Source of the DNA: Acidimicrobiales bacterium
GTDB lineage: Bacteria; Actinomycetota; Acidimicrobiia; Acidimicrobiales; Ilumatobacteraceae
Direction of reading: 5' to 3'
Length of the DNA: 64,000 nucleotides
Assembly (NCBI GenBank): GCA_025463415.1
Contig: JAOBWO010000169.1
Span: forward strand, 9,894 to 73,893
Under the pieces are notes generated by a model. It had not been told where the DNA came from. It saw only the letters and a program-made list of their open reading frames with translations, and searched no databases. This document shows positions 51,970 through 60,130 of the stretch, piece by piece. Position numbers and translations under genes: made by a program. Each line of letters opens with the position of its first letter. Positions within the stretch are counted from its first letter, which is position 1.

Positions 51970-53247
51970 ATGAGTCTCGACGACATCAACCTGCTCGACC
52001 TCGATCGCTTCCAGCGCCTCGAACACCACGAGATGTTCCGGCGTCTCCGCGCCGAGGCGCCGATCTACTGGCACGACAACCCGGCCGGCAAGGGCTTCTG
52101 GAACGTCGTCCAGCACGCCGATCTGGTCACGGTGAACCGCAACGCGACGATGTTCTCCTCGGAGATCGGCGGGATCAGCATCCCCGACCCGAACGAGTAC
52201 GAGCAGGGTGGCAGCGGGCTCGACCCCAGGGGGCTGATGATGCTCTACACCGATCCGCCCAAGCACACCCGGTACCGCACGCTGGTCCAAAAGGGTTTCA
52301 CCCCGCGGATGATCGGTCTGCTCGAGCAGTACCTCACCCATCGGGCGATCCTCATCGTCGACAACATCATCGAGACGGGTTCGTGCGACTTCGTCACCGA
52401 TCTCGCCGCGGAGCTGCCCCTGCAGGCCATCGCCGAGATCATGGGCGTGCCGCAGGAAGAGCGCAGGATGCTGTTCGACTGGTCGAACCGGATGATCGGC
52501 CTCGACGACCCGGAGTATGCGGGCGACTCCAACGACGGCGCGGCGGCTTCCGGCGAGCTGTACATGTACGTCAACTCGCTCGCCCAGCAGCGGCGCGCGG
52601 ACCCGCGCGACGACATCGTCACACGACTGATCAACGCCGAGATCGACGGCGACACCCTCAGCGAGCTCGAGTTCGACATGTTCATGCTGTTGCTGACGGT
52701 CGCGGGCAACGAGACCACCCGCAACACCACGTCCTGGGGCATGTGGGCGCTGATGCAGAACCCCGAGCAGTACAAGGCGCTCGTCGAGGATCCGGATGGC
52801 AAGCTCGACCGTGCGATCGAGGAGATCCTGCGCTGGGCGACGCCGGTGTACCACTTCCGGCGCACCGCCGCCGAGGACACCGAGATCCATGGTCAGGCGA
52901 TCGCTGCGGGCGACAAGGTCGTGATGTGGCACACCTCGGCCAACCGCGACGAGGCCGTCTTCGACGATCCGTTCACGTTCGACATCGACCGTTGGCCGAA
53001 CAAGCACATCGCGTTCGGCGGCGGTGGGGCGCACTACTGCCTGGGCGCCAACCTGGCCCGCATGGAGCTGAAGCTGATCTTCCAGGAGATCCTCGAGCGC
53101 ATCCCCGACATGCAGCTCGCGGGCGAGGTCGACATGCTGCGCTCCAACTTCATCGGCGGCGTCAAGCACATGCCGGTGACGTACGGCGCCGGCACGAAGA
53201 AGAACCCCGGCCCGATCACCGAGTCGGGCACGCTGCGCACGTCCTGA
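51970..53247 (+). CDS. cytochrome P450 (CYP124/125/142-like)
   Basis: Heme loop FGGGGAHYCLGANLARMEL, EILRW (ExxR), and I-helix LLLTVAGNETTRN. Confidence 0.92.
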   Translation: MSLDDINLLDLDRFQRLEHHEMFRRLRAEAPIYWHDNPAGKGFWNVVQHADLVTVNRNATMFSSEIGGISIPDPNEYEQGGSGLDPRGLMMLYTDPPKHTRYRTLVQKGFTPRMIGLLEQYLTHRAILIVDNIIETGSCDFVTDLAAELPLQAIAEIMGVPQEERRMLFDWSNRMIGLDDPEYAGDSNDGAAASGELYMYVNSLAQQRRADPRDDIVTRLINAEIDGDTLSELEFDMFMLLLTVAGNETTRNTTSWGMWALMQNPEQYKALVEDPDGKLDRAIEEILRWATPVYHFRRTAAEDTEIHGQAIAAGDKVVMWHTSANRDEAVFDDPFTFDIDRWPNKHIAFGGGGAHYCLGANLARMELKLIFQEILERIPDMQLAGEVDMLRSNFIGGVKHMPVTYGAGTKKNPGPITESGTLRTS

Positions 53248-53280
53248 GCCGCCCGCCGGTTCAGGGGAGCTCCCGCGGAG

Positions 53281-54630
53281 TCAGTCGGCGACGAGAACGC
53301 ATGTCGCGTCGTCGCCGCGTGTGAACGCGGCGATCGTGTACCCGGGGATGTCGTCTGGCACGGTCGTCTGCGTACCGTTCAAGCAGGTGAACGTCGCCGC
53401 GTCGGGCACGAAGTGGGCGATGTCGTTCTCGTCGACCATCCAGGCCTGGCCGCCGACCTGGCGGAGGATGTGGCCGTGCACGTCGCCGATGCCGTCCAGC
53501 GGGCCGAGTGGGTTGCTGACGAGCACGACCTCGGGGTCGCTGTCGGCGAAGGTGGATGCGGCGTACAGCGAGCCGTGGCGGAACTCGAGGTAGGTCCCCG
53601 GCTGGTACCACGGTTCCAGGTGGTCGGCGCCGACGACGAACGGGTTCGAGGTCGGCAGCCCGAGTGACCCCTCGGCGCCCCCCGTGTCCAGCCACGTCCG
53701 GTAGGCGTTGCCGGTCGAGGGGATCCAGAAGAACGGCCCCTGTGCGGAGGCGCCGACCAGTGCGCCGCCGTCGGAGAGCTCGATCGTCGTCGCCCAGGCG
53801 GTGGACGTCAGCACCGTGGGCGTCGCCGAGAGTCCGAGCGCGAGCAAGTCGTGCCACGCGGCGTCGCCGAGCGCGACGGAGGTGCCGTTCGGACCGTTGA
53901 CGACCGGCGGTGGGGGCACGGTCTGTGCGGTGCTGCTGGTCGCCGCAGACGCGCTCGTCGTGGTGGTCGCCGGTGTTGCCGCGGGGAGGGGCGCCAACGA
54001 AGCCTGTTTGATCGTGGTGTCCGTCGGCGCATCGATCACGACGACCGCCGGGTCGGTGGTCCACACGGCGGCCGACGGCGCCGTCGGCGACGGTTGCGCG
54101 ACGACCAACGCTCCGGTCAGTGCCACAGCGGCAACCGCTGCGGTCGCCACGCGGCCGCTGACCTTGCGTGTCCTGGCGGGCTGCGCCACGACGGAAGCGT
54201 CGGCCTCGGGCCCGACGTCGGTGACGGTCGCATTCGGTCGCAGCGCCGACAGCGCGTCGACCAGTCGGGCGACGTCGATCAGGAAGAGCTGGTGCCGACT
54301 GGGACTGCCATCGGTGGAACGGTCCCAGTCGCTGAGCGTCTCCAGGCCGTACACCTTCGCGGCCTCGAGCCGCCGCGCCGCGTAGGTGCGCTCGCGTCCA
54401 TCGTGCGGGTAGAAGTACTCCGCGGCCGCCCTGGGCAGGGCGGTGTCGGGGCTGACCACCACCGCGGCGCGGATCAGATCCTGGATGGCCTCGATCCGGC
54501 CCGGTCCATCGCGCCGGTCGACTCGACTCGTCAGGAGCGGCAGTTCGAGCTTGACGGCGCGCGAGGCAGTGCGGGCACGAGCGAAATCCTCCAGCTCTGC
54601 CGGAACACCGTCGAGCGCGCCAGCCACCAT
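53281..54630 (-). CDS. single-pass membrane protein with extracellular LGFP-like repeat
   Basis: Start MVAGALDGV (ATG 54628-54630). TM is VATAAVAAVALTGALVVA, followed by a T/S/A/P linker. GGAEGSLGLPTSNPFVVGADHLEPWYQPGTYLEFRHGSLYAAS resembles an LGFP repeat. Confidence 0.65.
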   Translation of the reverse strand: MVAGALDGVPAELEDFARARTASRAVKLELPLLTSRVDRRDGPGRIEAIQDLIRAAVVVSPDTALPRAAAEYFYPHDGRERTYAARRLEAAKVYGLETLSDWDRSTDGSPSRHQLFLIDVARLVDALSALRPNATVTDVGPEADASVVAQPARTRKVSGRVATAAVAAVALTGALVVAQPSPTAPSAAVWTTDPAVVVIDAPTDTTIKQASLAPLPAATPATTTTSASAATSSTAQTVPPPPVVNGPNGTSVALGDAAWHDLLALGLSATPTVLTSTAWATTIELSDGGALVGASAQGPFFWIPSTGNAYRTWLDTGGAEGSLGLPTSNPFVVGADHLEPWYQPGTYLEFRHGSLYAASTFADSDPEVVLVSNPLGPLDGIGDVHGHILRQVGGQAWMVDENDIAHFVPDAATFTCLNGTQTTVPDDIPGYTIAAFTRGDDATCVLVAD

Positions 54631-54739
54631 GCAGACGATGGTAAGCGGGCAGCGGTGCGGGACCCCGGCATTGTCAAGGATTGACCAAGGGTGGCGCTCT
54701 GCGAAGATCTCTCGCGCTCGCTGTCGATCCGGCGTGGAT

Positions 54740-54763
54740 CCGTTCGACGCAGTGTTCGAACGG
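54740..54763. promoter_or_regulatory. 8-8-8 inverted repeat upstream of the YciI-sigma operon
   Basis: CCGTTCGA (54740-54747), 8-nt spacer, TCGAACGG (54756-54763). It lies 27 nt upstream of the first candidate start of the YciI gene. Confidence 0.3.
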
Positions 54764-54789
54764 GGCGATCGTCGCCTCGGCCACACAGA

Positions 54790-55146
54790 ATGGAGCACAC
54801 GATGCGATTCCTCGGATACACCCTCGGTGACGAAGCAGCCCCGATGCCCGCCCCCACGCCAGAGTTGATGGAGGCGATGGGTCGGTTCATGGAGGAGGCC
54901 ACGACGGCCGGCGTGATCGTCGCCACAGGCGGCATCGCCCCGACGTCCATGGGTGCACGGATCACGCTCAGCGACGGGAACTACACCGTCATCGACGGCC
55001 CGTTCACCGAAGCGAAGGAGCTGATCGGGGGCTGGGCGTTGATGGAGTGCCGCGACCTCGAAGAGGCCATCGAGTGGTCGAAGCGCTTCATCGGCGTCCT
55101 CGGCGAGGGCGAAGTCCGCGTCCGACCGGTGTTCGGCCCCGCCTGA
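54790..55146 (+). CDS. YciI-family (DGPF domain) protein
   Basis: MRFLGYTLGDE...VIDGPFTEAKELIGGWALMECRDLEEAIEWSKR. The start is 54790 (MEHTM) or 54802 (MRFLG). Confidence 0.8.
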   Translation: MEHTMRFLGYTLGDEAAPMPAPTPELMEAMGRFMEEATTAGVIVATGGIAPTSMGARITLSDGNYTVIDGPFTEAKELIGGWALMECRDLEEAIEWSKRFIGVLGEGEVRVRPVFGPA

Positions 55147-55198
55147 GCCGATCTCGCTCGACGGGCCACGGTTTCGGGCCTGTGCTTGAATCGGGCCG

Positions 55199-56479
55199 GT
55201 GAGCGCAGTCGACCCGCGAGCCGCCGTCGAAGCGGTGTTCCGCATCGAGTCCGCCCGCCTCGTCGGCGGGCTGACTCGGACGGTGGGCGATCTCGGACTG
55301 GCCGAGGAGCTGGCCCAGGATGCGCTCGTCGACGCGCTCCGGCAGTGGCCCGTGGAAGGCACCCCGCGCAACCCCGGCGCATGGTTGATGACGGTCGCCA
55401 AACGCAAGGCCATCGACCGCTTCCGCCGCGACAGGTCGCTGGCAGCCAAGTACGCACTGGTCGGCGTCGACGTGTCCACGCTCGACTCCGACGATGACTC
55501 GGCGACGGCGGTCGGCCCGATGGAGGACGACCGTCTGCGGCTGATGTTCGTGGCGTGCCATCCCGTGTTGTCGGTCCAGGCACGGGCGGCATTGACGCTC
55601 CGGGTCATCGGCGGACTGACCACGTCGGAGATCGCACGCGCCTACCTCCAGGCCGAACCCACGATCGCGCAGCGCATCGTGCGGGCGAAGAAGACGATCG
55701 CCGATGCGGGTGTGAAGTTCGAGGTGCCGGCGGGTGCCGAACTGGCGATTCGGCTCGGCTCCGTCCTCGAGGTCATCTACGTGATCTTCAACGAGGGCTA
55801 CTCCGCCACCGCAGGTGAGGACTGGCTCCGCGCCGATCTTTGCGGCGAGGCGGTGCGCCTCGGGCGGTTGCTGGCCGCTCTGGCGCCCGGCGAATCTGAG
55901 GCCCACGGCTTGCTCTCGCTGATGGAGATCCAGTCGTCGCGCCTCGCCGCACGTGTCGGTGCGGACGGCGAGCCGATCCTGTTGCTCGATCAGGATCGTC
56001 GGCAGTGGGACCGGTTGCTGATCGGTCGCGGCCTCGCCGCGCTGGACCGTTCGATGGCGCTCGCTGCCACACCCGGCCCGTACGCCCTGCAGGCGGCGAT
56101 CGCTGCCTGCCACGCCCGCGCCGTGCGCGCGGCGGACACCGATTGGGAGGAGGTCGCCCGCCTCTACGGCGTGCTGGCCGCAGCCATGCCGTCGCCGATC
56201 GTCGAGCTCAACCGAGCCGTCGCGTTGTCGATGGCCTACGGCCCTGCAGCAGGACTCGACCTCGTCGACCAGCTCCGCGAAACCCGATTGCTCGACGGCT
56301 ACCACCTCCTCCACAGCGTGCGCGGTGATCTGCTCGCCAAGCTCGGTCGACACGCCGAGGCAACCGTCGAATTCGACCTCGCTGCGGACCTCGCCGGCAA
56401 CGAAGCCGAGCGACGGCTCTCCGCGGCACGCGCCGCGCTCAGTCGGACCAGCGCAGAAATACTCGATCAGCCCCCTTGA
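55199..56479 (+). CDS. ECF-type sigma factor with long C-terminal extension (DUF6596-type; typical YciI partner)
   Basis: AVFRIESARLVGGLTRTVGDLGLAEELAQDALVDALRQWPVEGTPRNPGAWLMTVAKRKAIDRFRR plus region 4 LTLRVIGGLTTSEIARAYLQAEPTIAQRIVRAKK. GTG start. Confidence 0.85.
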   Translation: MSAVDPRAAVEAVFRIESARLVGGLTRTVGDLGLAEELAQDALVDALRQWPVEGTPRNPGAWLMTVAKRKAIDRFRRDRSLAAKYALVGVDVSTLDSDDDSATAVGPMEDDRLRLMFVACHPVLSVQARAALTLRVIGGLTTSEIARAYLQAEPTIAQRIVRAKKTIADAGVKFEVPAGAELAIRLGSVLEVIYVIFNEGYSATAGEDWLRADLCGEAVRLGRLLAALAPGESEAHGLLSLMEIQSSRLAARVGADGEPILLLDQDRRQWDRLLIGRGLAALDRSMALAATPGPYALQAAIAACHARAVRAADTDWEEVARLYGVLAAAMPSPIVELNRAVALSMAYGPAAGLDLVDQLRETRLLDGYHLLHSVRGDLLAKLGRHAEATVEFDLAADLAGNEAERRLSAARAALSRTSAEILDQPP

Positions 56480-56549
56480 ACGAGCCGCCATGCAGCCGAC
56501 TGAGGCGTCGATGAACCTCTAGAAATCGGCAAGGCGAAAGGAGAACACA

Positions 56550-56981
56550 ATGGCTGCCAGGGCTGGGCAAGCACACGGGAGAAAGGTCAGGCGACGATTC
56601 CGACGCGGCGCGCTGATCATGATCGGCGTCGGCGCCTTCGGCGTTGCCGGTGCCTCTGCGGCGAGCCTTGGTGGGCTCACGTCGCAGGGAGTGGGAGCCG
56701 ACAACGGCACGGTGTCCAGTTGTGACACCGATGGCGTGACGATCGCCTACACGACGGCATACGACTCGACGGCCGGCCTGTACAAGGTCACCAGCGTCAC
56801 CGTCAGTGGCATCAACGCTTCGTGCAACGCGAAGACCTTGAACGTCACCCTCGCCGACAGCTCGAACGCATCGCTCGGGTCCGGCTCGGCGACGATCGCC
56901 GGAACATCGCAAGCGGTGACGATCTCACCGACAGCCAACGCCAAGCTCGTCGTCGGCGCCGCACTTCTGGTCACGGGCTGA
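56550..56981 (+). CDS. small secreted protein, TasA/SipW-substrate-like signal (paralog 1)
   Basis: AAAGGAG Shine-Dalgarno sequence 7 nt upstream. The n-region is RKVRRRFRRG, the h-region ALIMIGVGAFGVAGASAAS, then LGGLT. The ~95-aa mature part has two Cys and ends in AKLVVGAALLVTG. Confidence 0.7.
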   Translation: MAARAGQAHGRKVRRRFRRGALIMIGVGAFGVAGASAASLGGLTSQGVGADNGTVSSCDTDGVTIAYTTAYDSTAGLYKVTSVTVSGINASCNAKTLNVTLADSSNASLGSGSATIAGTSQAVTISPTANAKLVVGAALLVTG

Positions 56982-56983
56982 CC

Positions 56984-57631
56984 GTGTCGAGCGTCGGGAA
57001 GGCTCACGGGCGCACTCGCCGACGGCGAGCCGTGCTGGCGCTCGAGATCGCCGGGATCGTCGCACTCGTGCTCGCGGCCGCCGTGTTGTGGCCGGTGCAG
57101 TTGGGTGGATCGTCATCAGTCATCATCGTCCACGGCGTGTCGATGGAACCGACGTTGGACAGCGGCGACGTCGTCGTGCTGCGCATCGCGTCGGACTACC
57201 ACGTCGGCGACATCGTCGCCTACCGGATCCCTGCGGGCAACGCCGGTGCGGGCAACCTGATCATCCACCGCATTGTGGGCGTCTCGGCCCGCGGGTTCGT
57301 GATGCGCGGCGATCACCGCTCCACGAGCGACGCGTGGTTCCCCTCCGCACACGACATCGTCGGCCGAGTCGTGGTCCATGTGCCGCTGCTCGGCGACCGC
57401 TTCTGGAGCGCGCTTCCGTGGCTGTTCGGCGCGGTGCTCGGGCTCGGGTTGATCCTGTACTTCTGGAGCCCTCGCGATCCTGAGACCGAGGACGCAGAGA
57501 CCGAGCCGTCGCTGGTCCGCTGGGCGGCCCCGAACCCGGAGGACCGCGTGGGCGAGCCGATCGACTCGGTCGAATTCGATGGGTTCCTGCAGCGACTGTT
57601 CGAGCACGAGTCCGAATCGGTGCAGCGATGA
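56984..57631 (+). CDS. signal peptidase I, ER/archaeal (SipW-like) type
   Basis: N-terminal TM, catalytic Ser box VHGVSMEPTLDSGD, His box LIIHRIVGV (no Lys box), GDHRSTSD, and a C-terminal TM LPWLFGAVLGLGLILYFW. GTG at 56984, 2 nt after the upstream stop. Confidence 0.8.
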   Translation: MSSVGKAHGRTRRRRAVLALEIAGIVALVLAAAVLWPVQLGGSSSVIIVHGVSMEPTLDSGDVVVLRIASDYHVGDIVAYRIPAGNAGAGNLIIHRIVGVSARGFVMRGDHRSTSDAWFPSAHDIVGRVVVHVPLLGDRFWSALPWLFGAVLGLGLILYFWSPRDPETEDAETEPSLVRWAAPNPEDRVGEPIDSVEFDGFLQRLFEHESESVQR

Positions 57632-57714
57632 GGCGGCGAGCGGTGCCCCGACGATCATCGACGGCCACAACGGAATCCCGACCAACCGACCAACCAACAC
57701 CAGGGGCGGAGCCC

Positions 57715-58164
57715 ATGCAGCACATGCACACCACACAGGAGATCGCCGAGGCGGTTCCCGGCAGACGTCTCGGGCGACGCTTTCGACGCGGGTCAATGAT
57801 CATGATGGGAGTCGGCGCGTTCGGCGTCGCCGGTGCCTCTGCTGCCAGCCTCGGTGGGCTCACGGCACAACAGATCGGCGCCGACAACGGTGCCGTCGCG
57901 AGCTGCGACACCGACGGCGTGACCCTCGCGTACACGAGCGCGTACGACGCGACGACGGGCGTGTACAGGATCACCACCGTGACCGTGAGCGGCCTCAACG
58001 TCGCGTGCAACGCGAAGACGTTGAACGTGACCCTGACCGACGCCTCGAACGCGTCGATCGGCACCGGCTCGGCGACGATCGCCAGCACCTCCCAGGCCGT
58101 GACGATGTCGCCCACGGCCAGCGCCAAACTCGTCGTCGGCGCAGCTCTGCTCGTGACGGGCTGA
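57715..58164 (+). CDS. small secreted protein, TasA/SipW-substrate-like signal (paralog 2)
   Basis: 100 of the last 126 residues are identical to paralog 1 (ungapped, counted by eye). Same RRFRRG / GVGAFGVAGASAASLGGLT leader and identical C-terminus AKLVVGAALLVTG. Confidence 0.7.
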   Translation: MQHMHTTQEIAEAVPGRRLGRRFRRGSMIMMGVGAFGVAGASAASLGGLTAQQIGADNGAVASCDTDGVTLAYTSAYDATTGVYRITTVTVSGLNVACNAKTLNVTLTDASNASIGTGSATIASTSQAVTMSPTASAKLVVGAALLVTG

Positions 58165-58181
58165 CCTCTCGGAGGCCGCTC

Positions 58182-58874
58182 ATGCCCAGGCGTCGATTGC
58201 TCGGGATGCTGCTCGTCGCGGCCGTGCTGGCGATGCCGGCGGCCGTCGCCGCGAAGTCACTCGGGTCGGTGACGTCGAAATCACTCGGGGCGTGGGTGCT
58301 GACCGGTGGACCGAGCGTGCCGACCGTCGTCGCCTGGACCCCGTTCACCGGCACGGACGGCACGAGCCTGGTCGGCCAGACGCTGAACGGCACCGGCACC
58401 TGGGCTTCGGACTCCGGCACGTGGACGATCTCCTCGAACCGGGCCGGCACCCCGACCAGCAGCCTCGGCAACCTCGACATCCACGTCGGAACCCAGAACG
58501 CGACGGTCGTCGTGACCCTCACGATCGGGGCGAGCGCGAACGCTGGCGTCGTCGCGCTGCGCAACAACAGCAACGTCGCGCTGTTCGCGACCTACTCGCT
58601 CGCGAGCGGAGGCACGATCCAGCTGAACAAGTTCAGCGGCACGACCACGAACCTCGCGACGGTGACGGGCGTCGGCACACCATCGACCGCTGAGTTCAAG
58701 CTGGACGCGACGACCAACACGATCAAGATCTCGTTCAACGGCACACAGGTGATGTCATACGCGCTCTCGGCCGGCGACATCACTGCGCTGAAAGCCGCTG
58801 CGAACGATCGCTTCGGCATCTTCGCCGACAACGACGGCGTGACCCGCTTCGACGACTTCCACGTCGACACCTGA
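58182..58874 (+). CDS. secreted beta-rich protein (lectin/LamG-like C-terminus), unknown function
   Basis: Signal is MPRRRLLGMLLVAAVLAMPAAVAAKSLG. The protein is T/G/S-rich and ends ...FGIFADNDGVTRFDDFHVDT. Confidence 0.65.
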   Translation: MPRRRLLGMLLVAAVLAMPAAVAAKSLGSVTSKSLGAWVLTGGPSVPTVVAWTPFTGTDGTSLVGQTLNGTGTWASDSGTWTISSNRAGTPTSSLGNLDIHVGTQNATVVVTLTIGASANAGVVALRNNSNVALFATYSLASGGTIQLNKFSGTTTNLATVTGVGTPSTAEFKLDATTNTIKISFNGTQVMSYALSAGDITALKAAANDRFGIFADNDGVTRFDDFHVDT

Positions 58875-58917
58875 CGAGCTGCCCGCGCGCGGCAGGCTTC
58901 GGCGACGTGGCGACCAG

Positions 58918-59298
58918 TCAGCGGGCGGGTTGGAACAGCTCGACGAGGTTGCCCGACGGATCGATGACGAGCACCTGAGCGCCGCCCGGACCGGTGACGA
59001 CCTCGTTCCGGAAGCGAACACCTTCCGTCGCCAGCCGGCTGATCTCGGCCTCGATGTCGTCGACGACGAGATGGATCCGGTTCCACCCTCCTGGTGCGGG
59101 TCGCTCTCCGTCGTTCATCGGTTTGCCGGCCGAGCTCTGTGGTCCGGAGAGCAGCAGTCGCAGGTTGCCGAGCGTGACCTCCGCGAACGCAGGGCTGGCG
59201 ATCCCGGCGATGAACCCGAAGTGTCGGGTGTAGAAGTCCGTGCTCGCGCCGACGTCGTCGACGAGGTAGCGGACGTTGACGGTCTCTGGATCAGTCAT
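58918..59298 (-). CDS. VOC/glyoxalase-family protein
   Basis: MTDPETVNVRYLVDDVGASTDFYTRHFGF...WNRIHLVVDDIEAEISRL...IDPSGNLVELFQP. 8-nt overlap with the upstream gene. Confidence 0.85.
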   Translation of the reverse strand: MTDPETVNVRYLVDDVGASTDFYTRHFGFIAGIASPAFAEVTLGNLRLLLSGPQSSAGKPMNDGERPAPGGWNRIHLVVDDIEAEISRLATEGVRFRNEVVTGPGGAQVLVIDPSGNLVELFQPAR

Positions 59299-60061
59299 GG
59301 CGTGTCTCCTGTGTTGTTCGGGCGCCGAGCTCGGCGAGCAGCAGCGCAACCCGGTCCTCGATGTCGTCGGCGACGCGCTGGAATGCGTCTTCGATCGCTC
59401 GTTCATCCCCTGCTGCGGCGGGATCCGGAATGCTCCAGTGCGATGCCGTCGGCGAGCCGGGGAACTCCGGACAGATCTCGCGCACCTTGTCGCACAGGGT
59501 GATGACCCGGTCGAATCGGCTCCGCGCAAATCGGGTGAGCGGCTTGCTGGAGCGGTCGGCGATGTCGATGGCTCGTTCGGCCAGCACGCGCACGGCGAAC
59601 GGGTGGAGTGGCTTGGGGTCGCTGCCGGCGCTACGAGCAGCCACCGTGCCACCGGATCGATGCTCGACGAGCGCTTCCGCGATCTGCGACCGAGCGCTGT
59701 TGCCAGTGCACAGGAAGAGCACCCGCGGCTGACTCCGGTGGCGCACCGTGGCCCTGGATTGCTGCGAGATGTTCGAGTGGCCCGGATGGAGGGAGAGACC
59801 GACCTCGGCGAGGAGGTCGCTGCATCGCGCGACGTGGACCCGGTAGTAGACGTCGCGTCCGTCTGCCGAGCTTCGCCGAGCCGTCACGATGCCCGCCCGA
59901 CGGAGCTCTCCGAGGTGGTACGACACCAAGTTCTGCGGCTTGCGCACCAACTCCACCAACTCACCCGTGCGGCGATCGCTGCACCCCAGCTCGAGGACCA
60001 GCTGCCAACGCAACGGATCGCTCAACAGGCCGAGGATCGCTGGAGGTCCGTTCGCTTCCAT
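59291..60061 (-). CDS. ArsR/SmtB HTH fused to LMW-PTP-type arsenate reductase
   Basis: HTH is LSDPLRWQLVLELGCSDRRTGELVELVRKPQNLVSYHLGELRRAGIV. P-loop is LFLCTGNSARSQ (CX5R), and ITLCDKVREICP carries the Cys pair of thioredoxin-coupled ArsC. Confidence 0.85.
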   Translation of the reverse strand: MEANGPPAILGLLSDPLRWQLVLELGCSDRRTGELVELVRKPQNLVSYHLGELRRAGIVTARRSSADGRDVYYRVHVARCSDLLAEVGLSLHPGHSNISQQSRATVRHRSQPRVLFLCTGNSARSQIAEALVEHRSGGTVAARSAGSDPKPLHPFAVRVLAERAIDIADRSSKPLTRFARSRFDRVITLCDKVREICPEFPGSPTASHWSIPDPAAAGDERAIEDAFQRVADDIEDRVALLLAELGARTTQETRHD

Positions 60062-60130
60062 CGCGCGAACATATCAATCTCTTTTGATCGATTCAAGCGG
60101 AGCCTCAGAACAGAAATCGCGTCGACTGTC

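Noticed and set aside
54631-55623. Upstream 331 aa of the 780-aa minus-strand ORF 53281-55623.
   Set aside because: This part is antisense to the well-supported YciI and ECF sigma genes and has junk-like composition. The credible protein starts at MVAGALDGV (54630).
56570-56600. The Arg-rich leaders RRRFRRG / RRFRRG of the two small secreted paralogs (also at 57770-57795), considered as twin-arginine (Tat) signals.
   Set aside because: They contain RR followed by F, but the rest of the S/T-RRxFLK consensus is not evident. The adjacent SipW-type peptidase offers a simpler explanation. I leave this open and do not assert it.
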